A stretch of DNA of 64,000 bases, taken from contig OZ249436.1 of assembly GCA_965235115.1 (NCBI GenBank), positions 17,052,001-17,116,000 on the forward strand. The letters run 5' to 3'. The first letter of the stretch is position 1, and each line of letters opens with the position of its first letter. This DNA is from Laetmonice hystrix (taxonomy: Eukaryota). Positions 52,963 through 64,000 of this stretch are shown here, piece after piece. Below the pieces are notes generated by a model, which did not search any database, was not told where the DNA came from, and worked only from the letters and a program-made list of their open reading frames with translations. A program made the translations under genes and the position numbers.

Positions 52963-53058
52963 TCCCACCCCCACCCCCGCCCCCACCCCCACCCCCACCC
53001 CCACCCCCACCCCCGCCCCCACCCCCGCCCCCACCCCCACCCCCACCCCCACCCCACC
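52963..53058. repeat. (ACCCCC)n microsatellite
   Basis: Direct read; its minus strand is G-quadruplex-prone. Confidence 0.9.
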
Positions 53059-53301
53059 GTACCCCAACCAACAGAACTGACTGCATCGACCTGACGACTG
53101 GTCCAAACCCGTCCCGACCAGTCCTGATCAATCACCGCGACCACACACGGCCGGGTCCCGACAGTCTCGATCGTCCGTGGGCCGGGTCAGAGTTCAAGGC
53201 CGTCGCCCCCCCCCCCCCCCCCCCCCGACGCTCACAAACACACGTACGCCCAACCAGCCAGCGTCGCCCAAGGTTCACGCACAGGTTTCTCATCAGTGAC
53301 C

Positions 53302-55087
53302 ATGCTGCAGCGGCTGTCACGGTTCTGGGGTTTGGTCAGGGGCGTGAGGGTGTCGGCCAGGAGTACCCGGTGGATGTCAGGGGGCACTGATGTCGAGCCC
53401 CTGTCCAGCGAGCACTGGAGAGAGGCGGCCACCGTGATTTTAGCTGCCAAGGATCCACAAAATGGCACACAACAACCAGCTGCAGCCCCCAGTGCCAGCG
53501 CGGCGCCGACGTTTGACTACAAAGTCCTGCTTTTGGAGAGAAATAAGAAGAGTAATTTTATGCCGGGGGCAAATGTGTTTCCCGGTGGGACAGCTTGTGA
53601 GGCCGACTTTTCTATCGAGTGGGCGAATGTGTTTAGATTTATCACGAAGCGCGACCTGGGCGATATTATAAGAGAACTGGAGGTCGGACGCGCAAGGCCC
53701 CCTATGCTCGCGACAAATCGACACGCAGGCGTCCCGCCTGATCTGGGGTTCCGGATAGCGGCAATCCGGGAAACGTTTGAAGAATCGGGCGTTCTTCTGG
53801 TTAAAGGAGCGCGCATGCGCGATATAAACGACACTCAGCTTGAAGAGTTTAGAAAGAAGATAAAACTAGATCCACGAAAATTTGCTGGTTTCTGCAAACA
53901 GTTACAAGTCGTCCCAGACGTTTGGGCACTTCGTGAGTGGAATAATTGGCTCACTCCAGCTGTCCTCCCGGGTGAGGAGGCGACCGGGGTGCCACCAGAC
54001 GGGGGAAAGAGGCGATCCAGGTTCGATAATGTGTTCTATCTGTGCTGCCTGGACTGGATTCCTCTGGTACAATGTGACGAGTCAGAGACTGTGGATGCCA
54101 AGGTGACAAGCTTATTTCCTCCTCTACTCTAGCATTGTGAGAGTCCATGCGTGAGCAGTACAGGGACCTCCCCGCAATAATAACCCCCTCCCCTTAAAAA
54201 AATAGATCTCATTGGGATACAGAAAGTTAAGCTAGCTTAGGTCCCTTCAATGACAATGATGTGGAATGAGAATTGTAGGCCTAACACCAGGGTGCAATGT
54301 TATAAACCAAGCAAGCGTATACATGCACCTACTATAACAATGTTATACTAACTACATGGTTCCTTGATGTTCGAATGGTTGCAGTGGGTGTCCCCGAATT
54401 ACCTGTTTGAGCCCGAGTCAGAAGGATGTTTGCGTGGGCCCCAGCAGTTCGAGATCGCCCGTCTCCACAACTTCCAAAAGCTGGCCTTCCTGCACACCTT
54501 CTCCCAGCAGAGGGCGACACTGGGCATGGAACGCTACATGAGTGTGTTCATTGAATGTCAGGATGGTGTTATGGCAGTTCTCCCAGGTAAGGACTGAATT
54601 CTGGCTGTTATAGAACATGACTCAATGTCTGTTGGTATAAGACTAAAGAGTGATGCTGATACAAAAATTCAGGGACAGTTTCCTGCATTTATAAATCAGA
54701 CTGACAGTAGACAATCATTTTGGACTAACAATTTGTATTTCTTAGATACTTAAGCAGTGCTGATATGTGACGTTATGGAGATACAACAGTATGGTGGTGG
54801 CAGTGCTGAACCTTTGTGTATAGTTTTTGTGATCGTGTTTTGACCAAAGTCTTTTTGATGTCATTGAAGGGGATGACTTGTTCCCAGACAAGCCTGACTT
54901 TGAGGGGTTGAAGCCTGTACGCCGTATGCCGCAGACCATTGAAGAGATCCGTGGTGCCACCAAGCGCCACCACCGTCAAGAACTGTTGAAGGATAGTGAG
55001 AAGGCTGTGTATGTATGTAACATGGAGCTGAAGTACGGCCAACCGGTGCCAACCAAAAAACTGCAGCAGATCACTGGCATGTTTTAG
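53302..55087 (+). CDS. NUDT19: Acyl-CoA diphosphatase NUDT19 (Nudix hydrolase), 406 aa
   Basis: 3 exons: 53302-54102, 54385-54586, 54870-55087 (1221 nt). Motifs HWREAATVILAA, YKVLLLER...FMPGANVFPGG, FRIAAIRETFEESG (Nudix box), PDVWALREWNNWLTP, RFD..FY, PQQFEIARL, LPGDDLFP. AATAAA at 55650-55655. Confidence 0.93.
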
Positions 55088-56341
55088 GGAAATGATGACC
55101 ATCACTCCTGATGTGTGTAGAGGAGAGGGTCTAAATGGCAAATCATGGCCTGAGTTATGAGGACGAATCAAAGAACAGACAAGTGATGGTGTTACTGAAG
55201 ATTACATGTATCAGTATTAGGAGGGATCTAACATCTTTACTTCCAAGGTTTATGGCGCAGTTTTGCAAGTACGAGCCGTAATGGAATCATATTTTTGTTC
55301 TCTCTTTTTAGAAGAGTGATCAGGTGTAAAACAACCAAAGTACAAATGGCACAATAGTGGGGTTGAGCAGACAGTGTGGCCAGTGCTGTGTCTCCAGCCG
55401 GGTATGAACGACTGGTGATGTCCCTCCAATATAACCTTGATTAAATCTTGGTGTGACCTTGTAGAATATGTGGTTGGTTACGTACGTGGCTGAGCAGTGA
55501 ATGAGTACCAGGAATGTTGGTGACACAAATACCGTATGAATCAAACAAAACTGATGAATAGGGTTAAGGGAAGTGGTTTTTTACTCTAAAAATATTAAAA
55601 GCTAATGCTAGGGATGTAAAATTTAAGGTATTTATGATTAAATGTAAATAATAAAACAAGTAATGTTTTATGGTTATATAATAGTTAAAAACGTGTGTCG
55701 CTGAATGTGTCATGCAGGTAGCGCCTTAAACGGTAGAAAGATGGTAAGGAAGAATAGAATTGAACATTTTCCCAACCTGTTACGGGTTACAGGATCGTTT
55801 CAAGAGGTATGATAATGTGCAGAATTCTCGAAAAACACAGTCAGTTCGTGGTTTTCCACTGTCCAATTGACGCCTTCCTAATACTACCACCAGGTGGCAA
55901 GACTTCCCCGGCAGGCGATACATCTATTCGTCGACAGGCGGCACAGTCTGTGTCACCCCGACTCTTGCTTCTCTGCTCGGGCCGCCGAGGGTCTGGATAA
56001 TCAAGACTGCTATTCGTACTGCTAAAGCAGAGCCGAAAATTCAAAAATGGGAATTACGTGTATATGAATCCGTTACGTATATTTCTTGAAGCATTGACAT
56101 ATCTGTCTGAAGCTTATAGCGATTATCGATTCGTTTTTATTGTACAGTGCCCTTCCGTGGGCCAATCAGCAACCACTCTGCCGTACCACTAACGCCATCT
56201 ATTGATAAGGGGTTCCCATTGCACTTTGAACAGGGTGTGAACGGAATGTAAGTCCGCCGGTATGGAGGTCCGCCGGACCTGGATTTCTTAGTATGGAGGT
56301 CCGCCGGACCTGGATTCCTTAGTTATGCAGGTCCTAGTCAT

Positions 56342-58084
56342 GGGGGCCTCGGGTGGCCGAGTGGTCTAAGGTGTCGGCTCCATCATGACACCTAGGACCA
56401 TCGCCTCACACCGCTGCGACCCGGGTTCGATTCCCGGCCTGGGCTGCATGTGTGAAAGGTTTGTCAGTCAGTTCCTTCCCGAAGGTCGGTGGTTTCCTCC
56501 GGGTACTCCGGTTTCCTCCACCAAGAAAAACTGACTTTCATCTCATCTTCACCGCCGTGATATGACCCTGGCTGTTGCAAGGCGTAAAACAGGGATGAAA
56601 GTTTTCAGGAAATTTCCTGAAATCAGGAAATTTGAAAAAATCCCCCCCCCCCAAGAAATAACACCCAAAAAAGGAAATAGGCCTAGATCTATAGGCAAAA
56701 GAGGTAGGCCTAAGCCAAGGCTAAGTATTGCCCTGGACTGTGTGGTGGGCAATTAATATCAAATGAAACAATATCCCCTTCCAGGACGTTTTTTAACACC
56801 ATGCAGCTCAATATATCTCTACCTGCCAAAGTTCGTTTATAGATGGGGATATTAGAGTGTCTCAAACCCGTTCAGTGTCACGGGTGCCACCGTGCATAGG
56901 CCGGTCTGCCGAGGGTGCTGGTCCCTGTAGCTGTGGTGACATCGCTCACATAGACCGGCCCGCGTGGGCTGACTTCTACCGGCACGCGGTGGCGTCTGTC
57001 CCGTCTGGCAGGCACGGCCCCATGTCGCTGTGGTGAGAGCGACTCACCTCAGGTAATGACTTCAGGCAAAATTGATGGTCAGGCAGCTGCGAAGCCCGTT
57101 GATTCAGGCTTGCCATTATGCCATATCCATGCGCGAGTTTTGCCTGAGCGCTCACTTAGTGAACGAGACTATAGTATAGACAGACCGGTCTGTCTAGTCC
57201 CGGCGTTGGTGATAGTGATTAGGCTGACGAACTATTACCATCACAATGTCACTCCTCACAGGAAACTGGGTCAATTTAGTTCTATGAATCTGCCTAGTAT
57301 ATATGTCAGTAAGTTCTCATAATGTGTTCTTGCATATAAATTTGAGGATAGTGGCATTACGTAAGTGGTTTTCACTGAAGTTTTGGGGTTGTCAGGACTT
57401 TTCATTACATTTGTCGATCAGTGCAGGTGTCCTGATAAGACCGGAAGTGACAATTTTCACAACAACATGAGTGGCACATGGACACACGGGCTGAACCACT
57501 CGACTCAGCGAAGCCTGTGTTGCTTGCCGGGGAGCCGCTGAGGGTCGTGACTGCTGAGGGTCAAGACTGATGGACAGCCTGTGTTGTCAGTCTAACACAT
57601 GGAAGCTGTTTGACAACGTAATCGGTTGCATTTTGGACGCTAAAAGCCGACTGGATTCCAATGTTGGAGAGAGACGGCAGAGCCAGGCAGAGGTTGACAT
57701 GCACTGACTGTGACTGAGTGACAGGCAAGCAACAGCCTTGAACAGGGGCATGGACTGATGAGTGATGGAGTCTATCCAGCAAATTTGCAGGGGTAGGGGG
57801 TTGAGGGGGGTGGGGTGGGGGGGGGTGGCGACTAAATACTGAGGGCTAGGCCCTATAATATATAATAGCTAGGAGGCCTTATCGGATCATGATTGTCTGC
57901 TGTTCCTAGCCTGACTTTTTTTAAGGGGGGGGGGGGGGTAAGCCTTGGATGTGCGCATGAACAAATATTAATTATGGACATTGGCCCCCGCCGCTCCCCC
58001 CCCCCGGTTAGAATTTCAGGAAATTTTACAGCTGGCCACTTTCATCCCTGGTAAAACCCCAAATACCCACCCCCACCCCCACCC
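56342..58084 (+). mobile_element. tRNA-derived SINE (V/Meta-SINE-type core), interrupted near its tail
   Basis: Pol III A box tggccgagtgg (56354-56364), B box ggttcgattcc (56424-56434), core ggtttcctccgggtactccggtttcctccacc, (ccccca)n tail, and a perfect 14-bp TSD caggtcctagtcat at 56328-56341 and 58085-58098. Confidence 0.9.
56590..58050. mobile_element. Non-autonomous hAT-like element with 6-bp TSD, 1461 bp
   Basis: 13-bp TIR cagggatgaaagt; gtaaaa at 56584-56589 and 58051-58056; subterminal tcaggaaattt motifs. Confidence 0.8.
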
Positions 58085-58744
58085 CAGGTCCTAGTCATCA
58101 ACTTCGTGGTATAAGACAATATAATTAAGAAAATCCAAATGAATTAGGGTTAAAATTAGGAATAGGGATAGGATTATGAAGAAATATTTAAATAATACAA
58201 CATCACGGACTTCAATTCCTAGGAATGCAGGTCCGTCAGACCTGCATTTCAGGGTGACCTACATTCCTGTCACACCTGTGAACATAATTGAATGGCCATG
58301 TGTCTCCGACTACGTTTTGTCATTTGAAAATACATTTTCTACTACGACACGCCATGGCAACCTGGTGATAAAAGTGGCTTGGGCGGCACGGTTCAAATCT
58401 TTGAGAAATTGTTGTCATACTGAATGTGTATGAATAACTGTCATTGCGGTAAGACCGCTGGCATTATTGTGCTAATGCCATGACTGCGATATTTGGAAAG
58501 AAATTATCAAGAGCAAGTCTTGAGTTTGTTTGTTGTCAGTACCAGGGTTTGGGAACGTTACAAGAATCAGCCATAACGCATGTCTTTCCAGAAGACCAAT
58601 ATGGAGTGTCTGGAAGATACTTTGGACAGATTTGGGGGAAGAAAAAGATCACGAAATAGACGTTCTCTATCCCTGCATGCTTCAGGTCAATATCTTTAAT
58701 ATCCATACGATCCAGTTTCCAACTCAACTGAAACTGGCCGCTTC

Positions 58745-58950
58745 GCTTACAGATTCACTTACGGATCCTCTTCTGGCTGACCTAGGCCCTTAGGCCTGGG
58801 CCTCTAGTGCCAGCTCGCTATTGTTTATACTTATAGTTTGCGCATGCTCAGGAGTCGGGGGGGGGGGGGGTGCTCGAAAGTGGTAGATTAATGAATGATT
58901 TCTCCAGTGTTTATCTAGTCTCCGCTGAAAGGATGCTACGGATAGCGTTT
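58745..58950 (-). mobile_element. 3' fragment of a CR1/L2-clade LINE
   Basis: Minus-strand peptide SVASFQRRLDKHWRNHSLIYHFRAP resembles the CR1/L2 ORF2 C-terminus; followed by a short repeated tail (gtaagtgaatctgtaagcgaa). Confidence 0.65.
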
Positions 58951-58959
58951 GTACAATAT

Positions 58960-59652
58960 AGCCGTATTTCCGATTCCGTTTTCCGAATCCGATTTGATAT
59001 CGCCCATGCCTATTTTCTATGGGAGCGTTTTCAGGTGTACGTTTTGTTCTCCGATTCCGTTTTCTGAGTCCGTTTCCCGATTCTGGATCGCTTCCTGGAG
59101 CGATCCATCCGTTTTCAGATGGGGAAACGGACGAGCACCATACAATCCAATGGACACATGGAAACGGACACATGGGGAGAATCGGAAAACGGAATCGGAA
59201 AACGGAAACGCACACATGGAAACGCCCCTTAAAGCCGCTTTCACATGCACACGGTTTGCGGCGTGCGGCATGCGGCGTGCGTTTTTGTTAATAATGTAGC
59301 CAATGTAAATCGCCGCACACCGCAAAGCGGGGACATGTGAATGGTTATATCTATTTTCAGTTGTTCCATTTTTGCAAAAACGCAGGCCGCACACCGCACA
59401 CCGCAAACCGTGTGCATGTGAAAGTGGCTTCAGCCGTGTTTCCATGTGTGCGTTTCCGTTTTCCCATTCCGTTTTCCCATTCCGTTATCCGGTTCCGATT
59501 CGATCGTGTTTCCATGTGCGCGTTTCATTCAAAGCGGACTACAAAACGCGCACATGGAAACACTCATAGGAAATAGGCATAAGTGATCGAATCGGAACCG
59601 GATAACGGAAAACGGAATCGGAAAACGGAAACGCACACATGGAAACACGGCT
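58960..59652. mobile_element. Cluster of three abutting Harbinger-like MITEs
   Basis: A ~58960-59228 (left end truncated); B 59233-59429 (TIR agcc(g/a)ctttcacatgcacacggtttgcgg); C 59432-59652 (TIR agccgtgtttccatgtgtgcgtttccgttttcc); TTA/TAA-like junctions. Confidence 0.75.
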
Positions 59653-60819
59653 TATTCTAGGGATCAGCTACTCTAAAGGCAAATGAATTAATTTGCTTTT
59701 TTACTTCAAGAGGACGACATAAATTATCTCGTCCTATACGAATTCAACTGTATGGTGAATTTAGGTCCTAGATGTTTAAGCTATGTCCTCTTGTGTCGCT
59801 ATCATGTCTGAGCTTGAGAATCCCCTATGGCTATGGCCAAAACGTTTCGGAGAGAACGTATAACCAACCAACGTATACCAACCAACCTAACGCACTGGGT
59901 GGGTTGCCCACTTCAGTCCTCACCTGAACCCATGCTGGTTGGGAAGGTGGGAGGGGAAGAGAACTTAATCGTTAGCATGTATCTAGGATTTGTCGAGCCC
60001 CAAAAGTCTACTTATGACGCATGACCGCGTCGGTGGCAGGGGTATAATCCACTGGCCACTCCGATAGTGGGGTCGATGTGAATGTATAGGTATTGTAGCT
60101 ACCGTCGCCGAAAGGAAGGAAATCCCAGTCGGACATGCCCTGATCAAACCTGATCTCCCAATCTCATAATCCTAATTCTATTGAGCGCAGCACGACCCGC
60201 CGCATTACGCGCTTTCGCCCGTCTAAATATATAGATCCAATTCAAATAATGTCGGCGGGCCGTTTTCACGTCGGAATGACGTGCGTCCGCCTTCATAAAT
60301 TATTGCCGTGTCACCAATAGCCACGATTTGTGCACAGCGTGTTGAAACCGCCCGGCGTCGACCGTCAGAGGCCAGAACCCGCGTGGCAGCGTTATGGGAA
60401 ATAGACGGCCAGTTTGACGGCAGCGCGCTGTAACAAGCAGGCGACGGCCGGCGGCTTGCGTCTCCATCAATCGATGAACGCTGAACGGACGCTGAGCAGA
60501 CATTGAGCCACTCGGTGCAGAGAGGTGGCGCGCGCGGTCGCAATCTCAGCACAGGACGTCACCACATTGACAACCGACATTTTAGCAATGCGGCAGACGA
60601 TTGGAGACGCAAGTGTCGCATCACTTCCCGAGTAGAAGACGAATGAAGCAGACAGATCGATCACAACCGTCGGCAGCGACTCTAAAGCATGGTTGACCAT
60701 CTGCCGTTCCAGGGAGGACGCACTGGTGCGGGTCTATGACGAACGCTAGCTATAGCAGGGGGCCTACCATTCCAGATGGTAGTCGTTAGGCACAGCGTCT
60801 TCCAGATCTGCAGGTGAGG

Positions 60820-60822
<3 letters not shown>

Positions 60823-60914
<92 letters not shown>

Positions 60915-61062
60915 CTCTCTCTCCCTCTCGTTCTCGCTCTCTCTCTTCCTCTCTCTCTATCTCTCTCCCCTCTCTCTCTCTCCCTTTCTCTCTCCCTTTC
61001 TCTCTCTCTCCCTCTCTCTCCCTCTCTCTATATCTCTATCTACAGTACATCTCTATCTCTCT
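60823..61062. repeat. (CT)n microsatellite with degenerate tail
   Basis: Direct read; begins just after a strong donor-like site cag|gtgagg at 60813/60814. Confidence 0.95.
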
Positions 61063-61628
61063 CATAATATTATAGGTCTATTCCCCATGCTTCTCGTCCC
61101 CCCGCCGAAAACCTGAGAAACCCTGCAAAACGGCACATGGCAAGGCCGATATACTAAAGTAATGAACGTACCCTAATCAGGTTAAGCCGCGGGGTACCTG
61201 CATGGTCAGGTTGCGGGTTGGGGCGGGGTGTAAATCAATTAACGCTAGACCTGTAACCCTGAGGCAAACATTGTTAATTAAACCCTCCAGTTGTCATGTA
61301 GGCCTATTCATTACGATATGGCATTGTATTCTAACCTTGGATTATGACTTGTGTATGTTAATGTATACTATGTGTAAATCATGTAATCAAAGGAGTTCAG
61401 CAACTTTTCTGTTTCATATGAATGGAGATCTATAGGTAGAGGTCTAGGCTCTATAGGGCTATAGCCTACTATAGACATATAGGCCTAGGTATAAGGATTG
61501 GAGCGTCAGTGAGAGGCAAAAAGTCGGCCCCTGATGAGGCGAGATTATACTCTGTGACTGTTTTATTATGATATTTTATTCATTTCTTTCTGTGTGGGTG
61601 GAGACCGGCTGGGAAGGTGTGGGTGTGT

Positions 61629-61659
<31 letters not shown>

Positions 61660-62864
61660 TCGCACGATGCGGGCTGATCGTGTATAGAAACGGCAAACGT
61701 CACTCAACTACCGAGGCACATCGACCGATCAGTTGCCGTAGACCAGCACGTCCACTGTCGTAACGCTTCCGGGCCGGAGGCTAGTCGGTATGCGTGAGCA
61801 CCACACCGGATGTGGCGGCGTCATACCCAGCCCAGCGTGTAATTCACGGCGATGTGCCAGCGTTGATCTCGTAGTGTTAGTGGTGACGTGCGGCCAGGAG
61901 TTGGGTACAGGCGGGGGCGGGGGGGGGGGGGGGGGCTTCAGGCGATGTGGAGACTTAAGCGCTACCAGCAATGGTTCCCGACTTTAGGCCCTACTCACAC
62001 ATTCCGCTCAAAAAGTATAAAAAATTAAAGCTCCACCGTTTTAAAAACCGTTTGGTATCACATGCAAAAACTCAAATAAGTTGAAATGAGACCAACCATA
62101 TGTAATGTGAGAACGCTCAGCTGACACCGTTGCGATCTAACGCTCTATCTTCCAACCGCTTCGCCATTTTGGATAACCGGTCAACAGGGGAATCCCCTTA
62201 TGCGCACGAAGACGATCTACTTCCGCTCTCCTTTTCAGCTTTTAAGCTCTCTTGGATACATCGATTTCCGTCGCTTAAAAGCCCGTTTCCTCGGAGGCAT
62301 ATTTGCAAAGCAAGCACATGTTCAACTATGGTGGAGAGATACGGGAAGTTAGCATGGGATTCCCTGGAACTTGGGACTATTATGGGATGTTGTTCGACGT
62401 CATTTGCAGCGCCACTTTTTGCGGAGAGAGGAGGCAAATTCAAACTCTTCCTATTATCCTGTTATAGCTTCGGCCCGAATCGTAGTTAACAAAAATCATC
62501 ATACTGCAGTATTGCAGCAACAGTGTGTCTTCACATATATGTCAATAGGTTGCTATCGATGACAGGTAAGTGTTTTATTTTCGAAGTTACGTGCGGCGTA
62601 CTTTTAAGCCTATTAAATTTAAAAAAAAATGAAAGAATAGAATAGACCTACAGAAAGAGGCTTAATATATGGGCTAGATATGGTACAAAAAATAAATAAA
62701 TAAAGATGTTTGATTTTATAGCACAGGCTTCGCCCTCCTATAAGTTAAATTCCTATCAAAATCTATGAAAAGATCAGCAAGGGAATTATTATTCTTCGGT
62801 TTGCTTTTTTTTTCTCTTCCGCAGATTTTAGCCTAGCCATCTGGCGGCCGACTGGAGATTGACA

Positions 62865-63104
62865 ATGAACGCCGGAGGTGTAGGGCAGCCAGGAGGTTGT
62901 GAGGGTGAACGGCAGCATGGTACGGTACACCTGCCATACCCTGGACCCCACAGCCACGCTCTCTCCTACTCGGGATACACGGTGCTCTGTCTAGGCCGGG
63001 CCCAGGTGGCCACCGGCTCGCTTAGTGTTGTCCTGCAAGGCCTGGGTCTAGCCCTAGACGTGGGAAACCATAGAGTGGCACCCGGAATCTGGTGTGGAAT
63101 GCTG
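62865..63104 (+). CDS. First coding exon of a CD20/MS4A-like membrane protein (continues past the window)
   Basis: Acceptor ttccgcag at 62824, ATG at 62865, donor ctg|gtgagt at 63104. The 80-aa peptide has the pattern TVLCLGRAQVATGSLSVVLQGLGL...APGIWCGML, like the CD20-family LG..Q...G and GIW.G signatures of TM1-TM2. Confidence 0.6.
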
Positions 63105-63264
63105 GTGAGTCTTCCTGCGGTTATGTTATCAGGAGACAGATTCCACCTCCTTCCCTTTCTTTCATAGTTTACGAGTATCATCTTTATTTTCTCTTCCTAT
63201 TTCTCATTCTTATTCCTATTCTTTCAATAATATCATAATCATCATTTAATTGACAGACTCCGCC

Positions 63265-63512
63265 ATTACTAATTCCCTGACTTGTATCACCATGTTGCTC
63301 TACTACTAACGAATTCCCTGATTTGTACCACCATTTCGTTATACTACTAACGAATTCCCTGATTTGTACCACCATTTCGTTATACTACTAACGAATTCCC
63401 TGATTTGTACCACCATTTTGTTATACTACTAACGAATTCCCTGATTTGTACCACCATTTCGCTATACTACTAACGAATTCCCTGATTTGTACCACCATCT
63501 CGCTATACTACT
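63265..63512. repeat. 41-bp tandem repeat, ~6 copies
   Basis: Unit tactactaacgaattccctgatttgtaccaccatttcgtta. Confidence 0.92.
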
Positions 63513-64000
63513 ACCGGCCGGTCCAAGGCCTCGCGTGTCGCCGCGTGCCGCCGCGATGACCGTCGGGCACCCACTGAGAGAATGCCCGTTGTTGTGTCAT
63601 GACATTATGTTAGGGAAGACCGGTCGGACGTCCTCCCGCCACTGGAGGAATAATTCACACTCACATCCATTAAAACTCACAACATAATTTGTAATTTTGC
63701 ATAGTGGCAGAAAATCAATAGTCTTTGGCCGCCTACAAGAACAATGAAGTTGCCTTTTTGAACCCAATAAATATTATCATCGAGAAGAAAACACCCCAAC
63801 GCATCTCGTAGACAACCCGGGTATATAGAAATAATTCCCTGCGAGAATGATTTAACTCACAGGAGGTGCGAGTGAACCGACTTAGTTATACCTCCCCGAG
63901 GCATAGATTTAGAATCACTGCATGTGGATTGGATTTAAGTCGGATTTCACAAATTTGTACATGTAAGTCTTCACTTGGTTGTGGGATCTGATAAGATCCA

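Larger units (their letters stand above)
56234..58276. mobile_element. Outer Mutator-like TIR element hosting a SINE
   Basis: Imperfect TIR ggtgtgaacggaatgtaagtc versus right-end reverse complement ggtgtgacaggaatgtaggtc; subterminal ggtccgccggacc repeats; flanks tttgaacag / tgtgaacat (7/9 match). Confidence 0.65.

Noticed and set aside
52809..53144. GW-, GV- and poly-Gly repeat ORFs
   Set aside because: Translations of the (ACCCCC)n microsatellite.
56342..56445. tRNA gene
   Set aside because: A and B boxes are present, but spacing is extended, there is no clean cloverleaf, and it runs into a SINE core bounded by a 14-bp TSD.
60814..61116. LS-repeat ORF
   Set aside because: Translation of the (CT)n microsatellite.

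Overview
Eukaryotic (animal) genomic DNA, not prokaryotic: GT-AG introns, a tRNA-derived SINE, DNA transposons and minisatellites. It is probably a non-insect invertebrate bilaterian (inference; I cannot name the species). I assembled eight spliced protein-coding genes by hand: the 3' part of a TOM1/TOM1L2 gene (+), ATPAF2 (-), GID4 (+), NDUFAB1 (+), GPS1/CSN1 (-), ALKBH5 (-), NUDT19 (+), and the first coding exon of a CD20/MS4A-like gene (+). Six are complete, with phase-compatible splice junctions. Introns and intergenic DNA hold many non-autonomous TIR elements, several nested, plus a CR1/L2 3' fragment and about ten tandem repeats. The main observations are: (1) a 62-bp minisatellite copied from the ATPAF2 intron 6/exon 7 junction, giving eight decoy splice acceptors that all lead to premature stops; (2) TOM1-ATPAF2-GID4...ALKBH5 linkage resembling human 17p11.2, including the head-to-head ATPAF2/GID4 pair; (3) CTCF-like motifs amplified by tandem repeats in convergent orientation; (4) a NUDT19 with a mitochondrial-type presequence and no PTS1; (5) TOM1 microexons; (6) a triple-nested insertion with a 6-bp-TSD hAT-like element. 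I found no CRISPR array, no bona fide RNA gene and no transposase ORF. Family and gene assignments rest on remembered sequences, not on searches.
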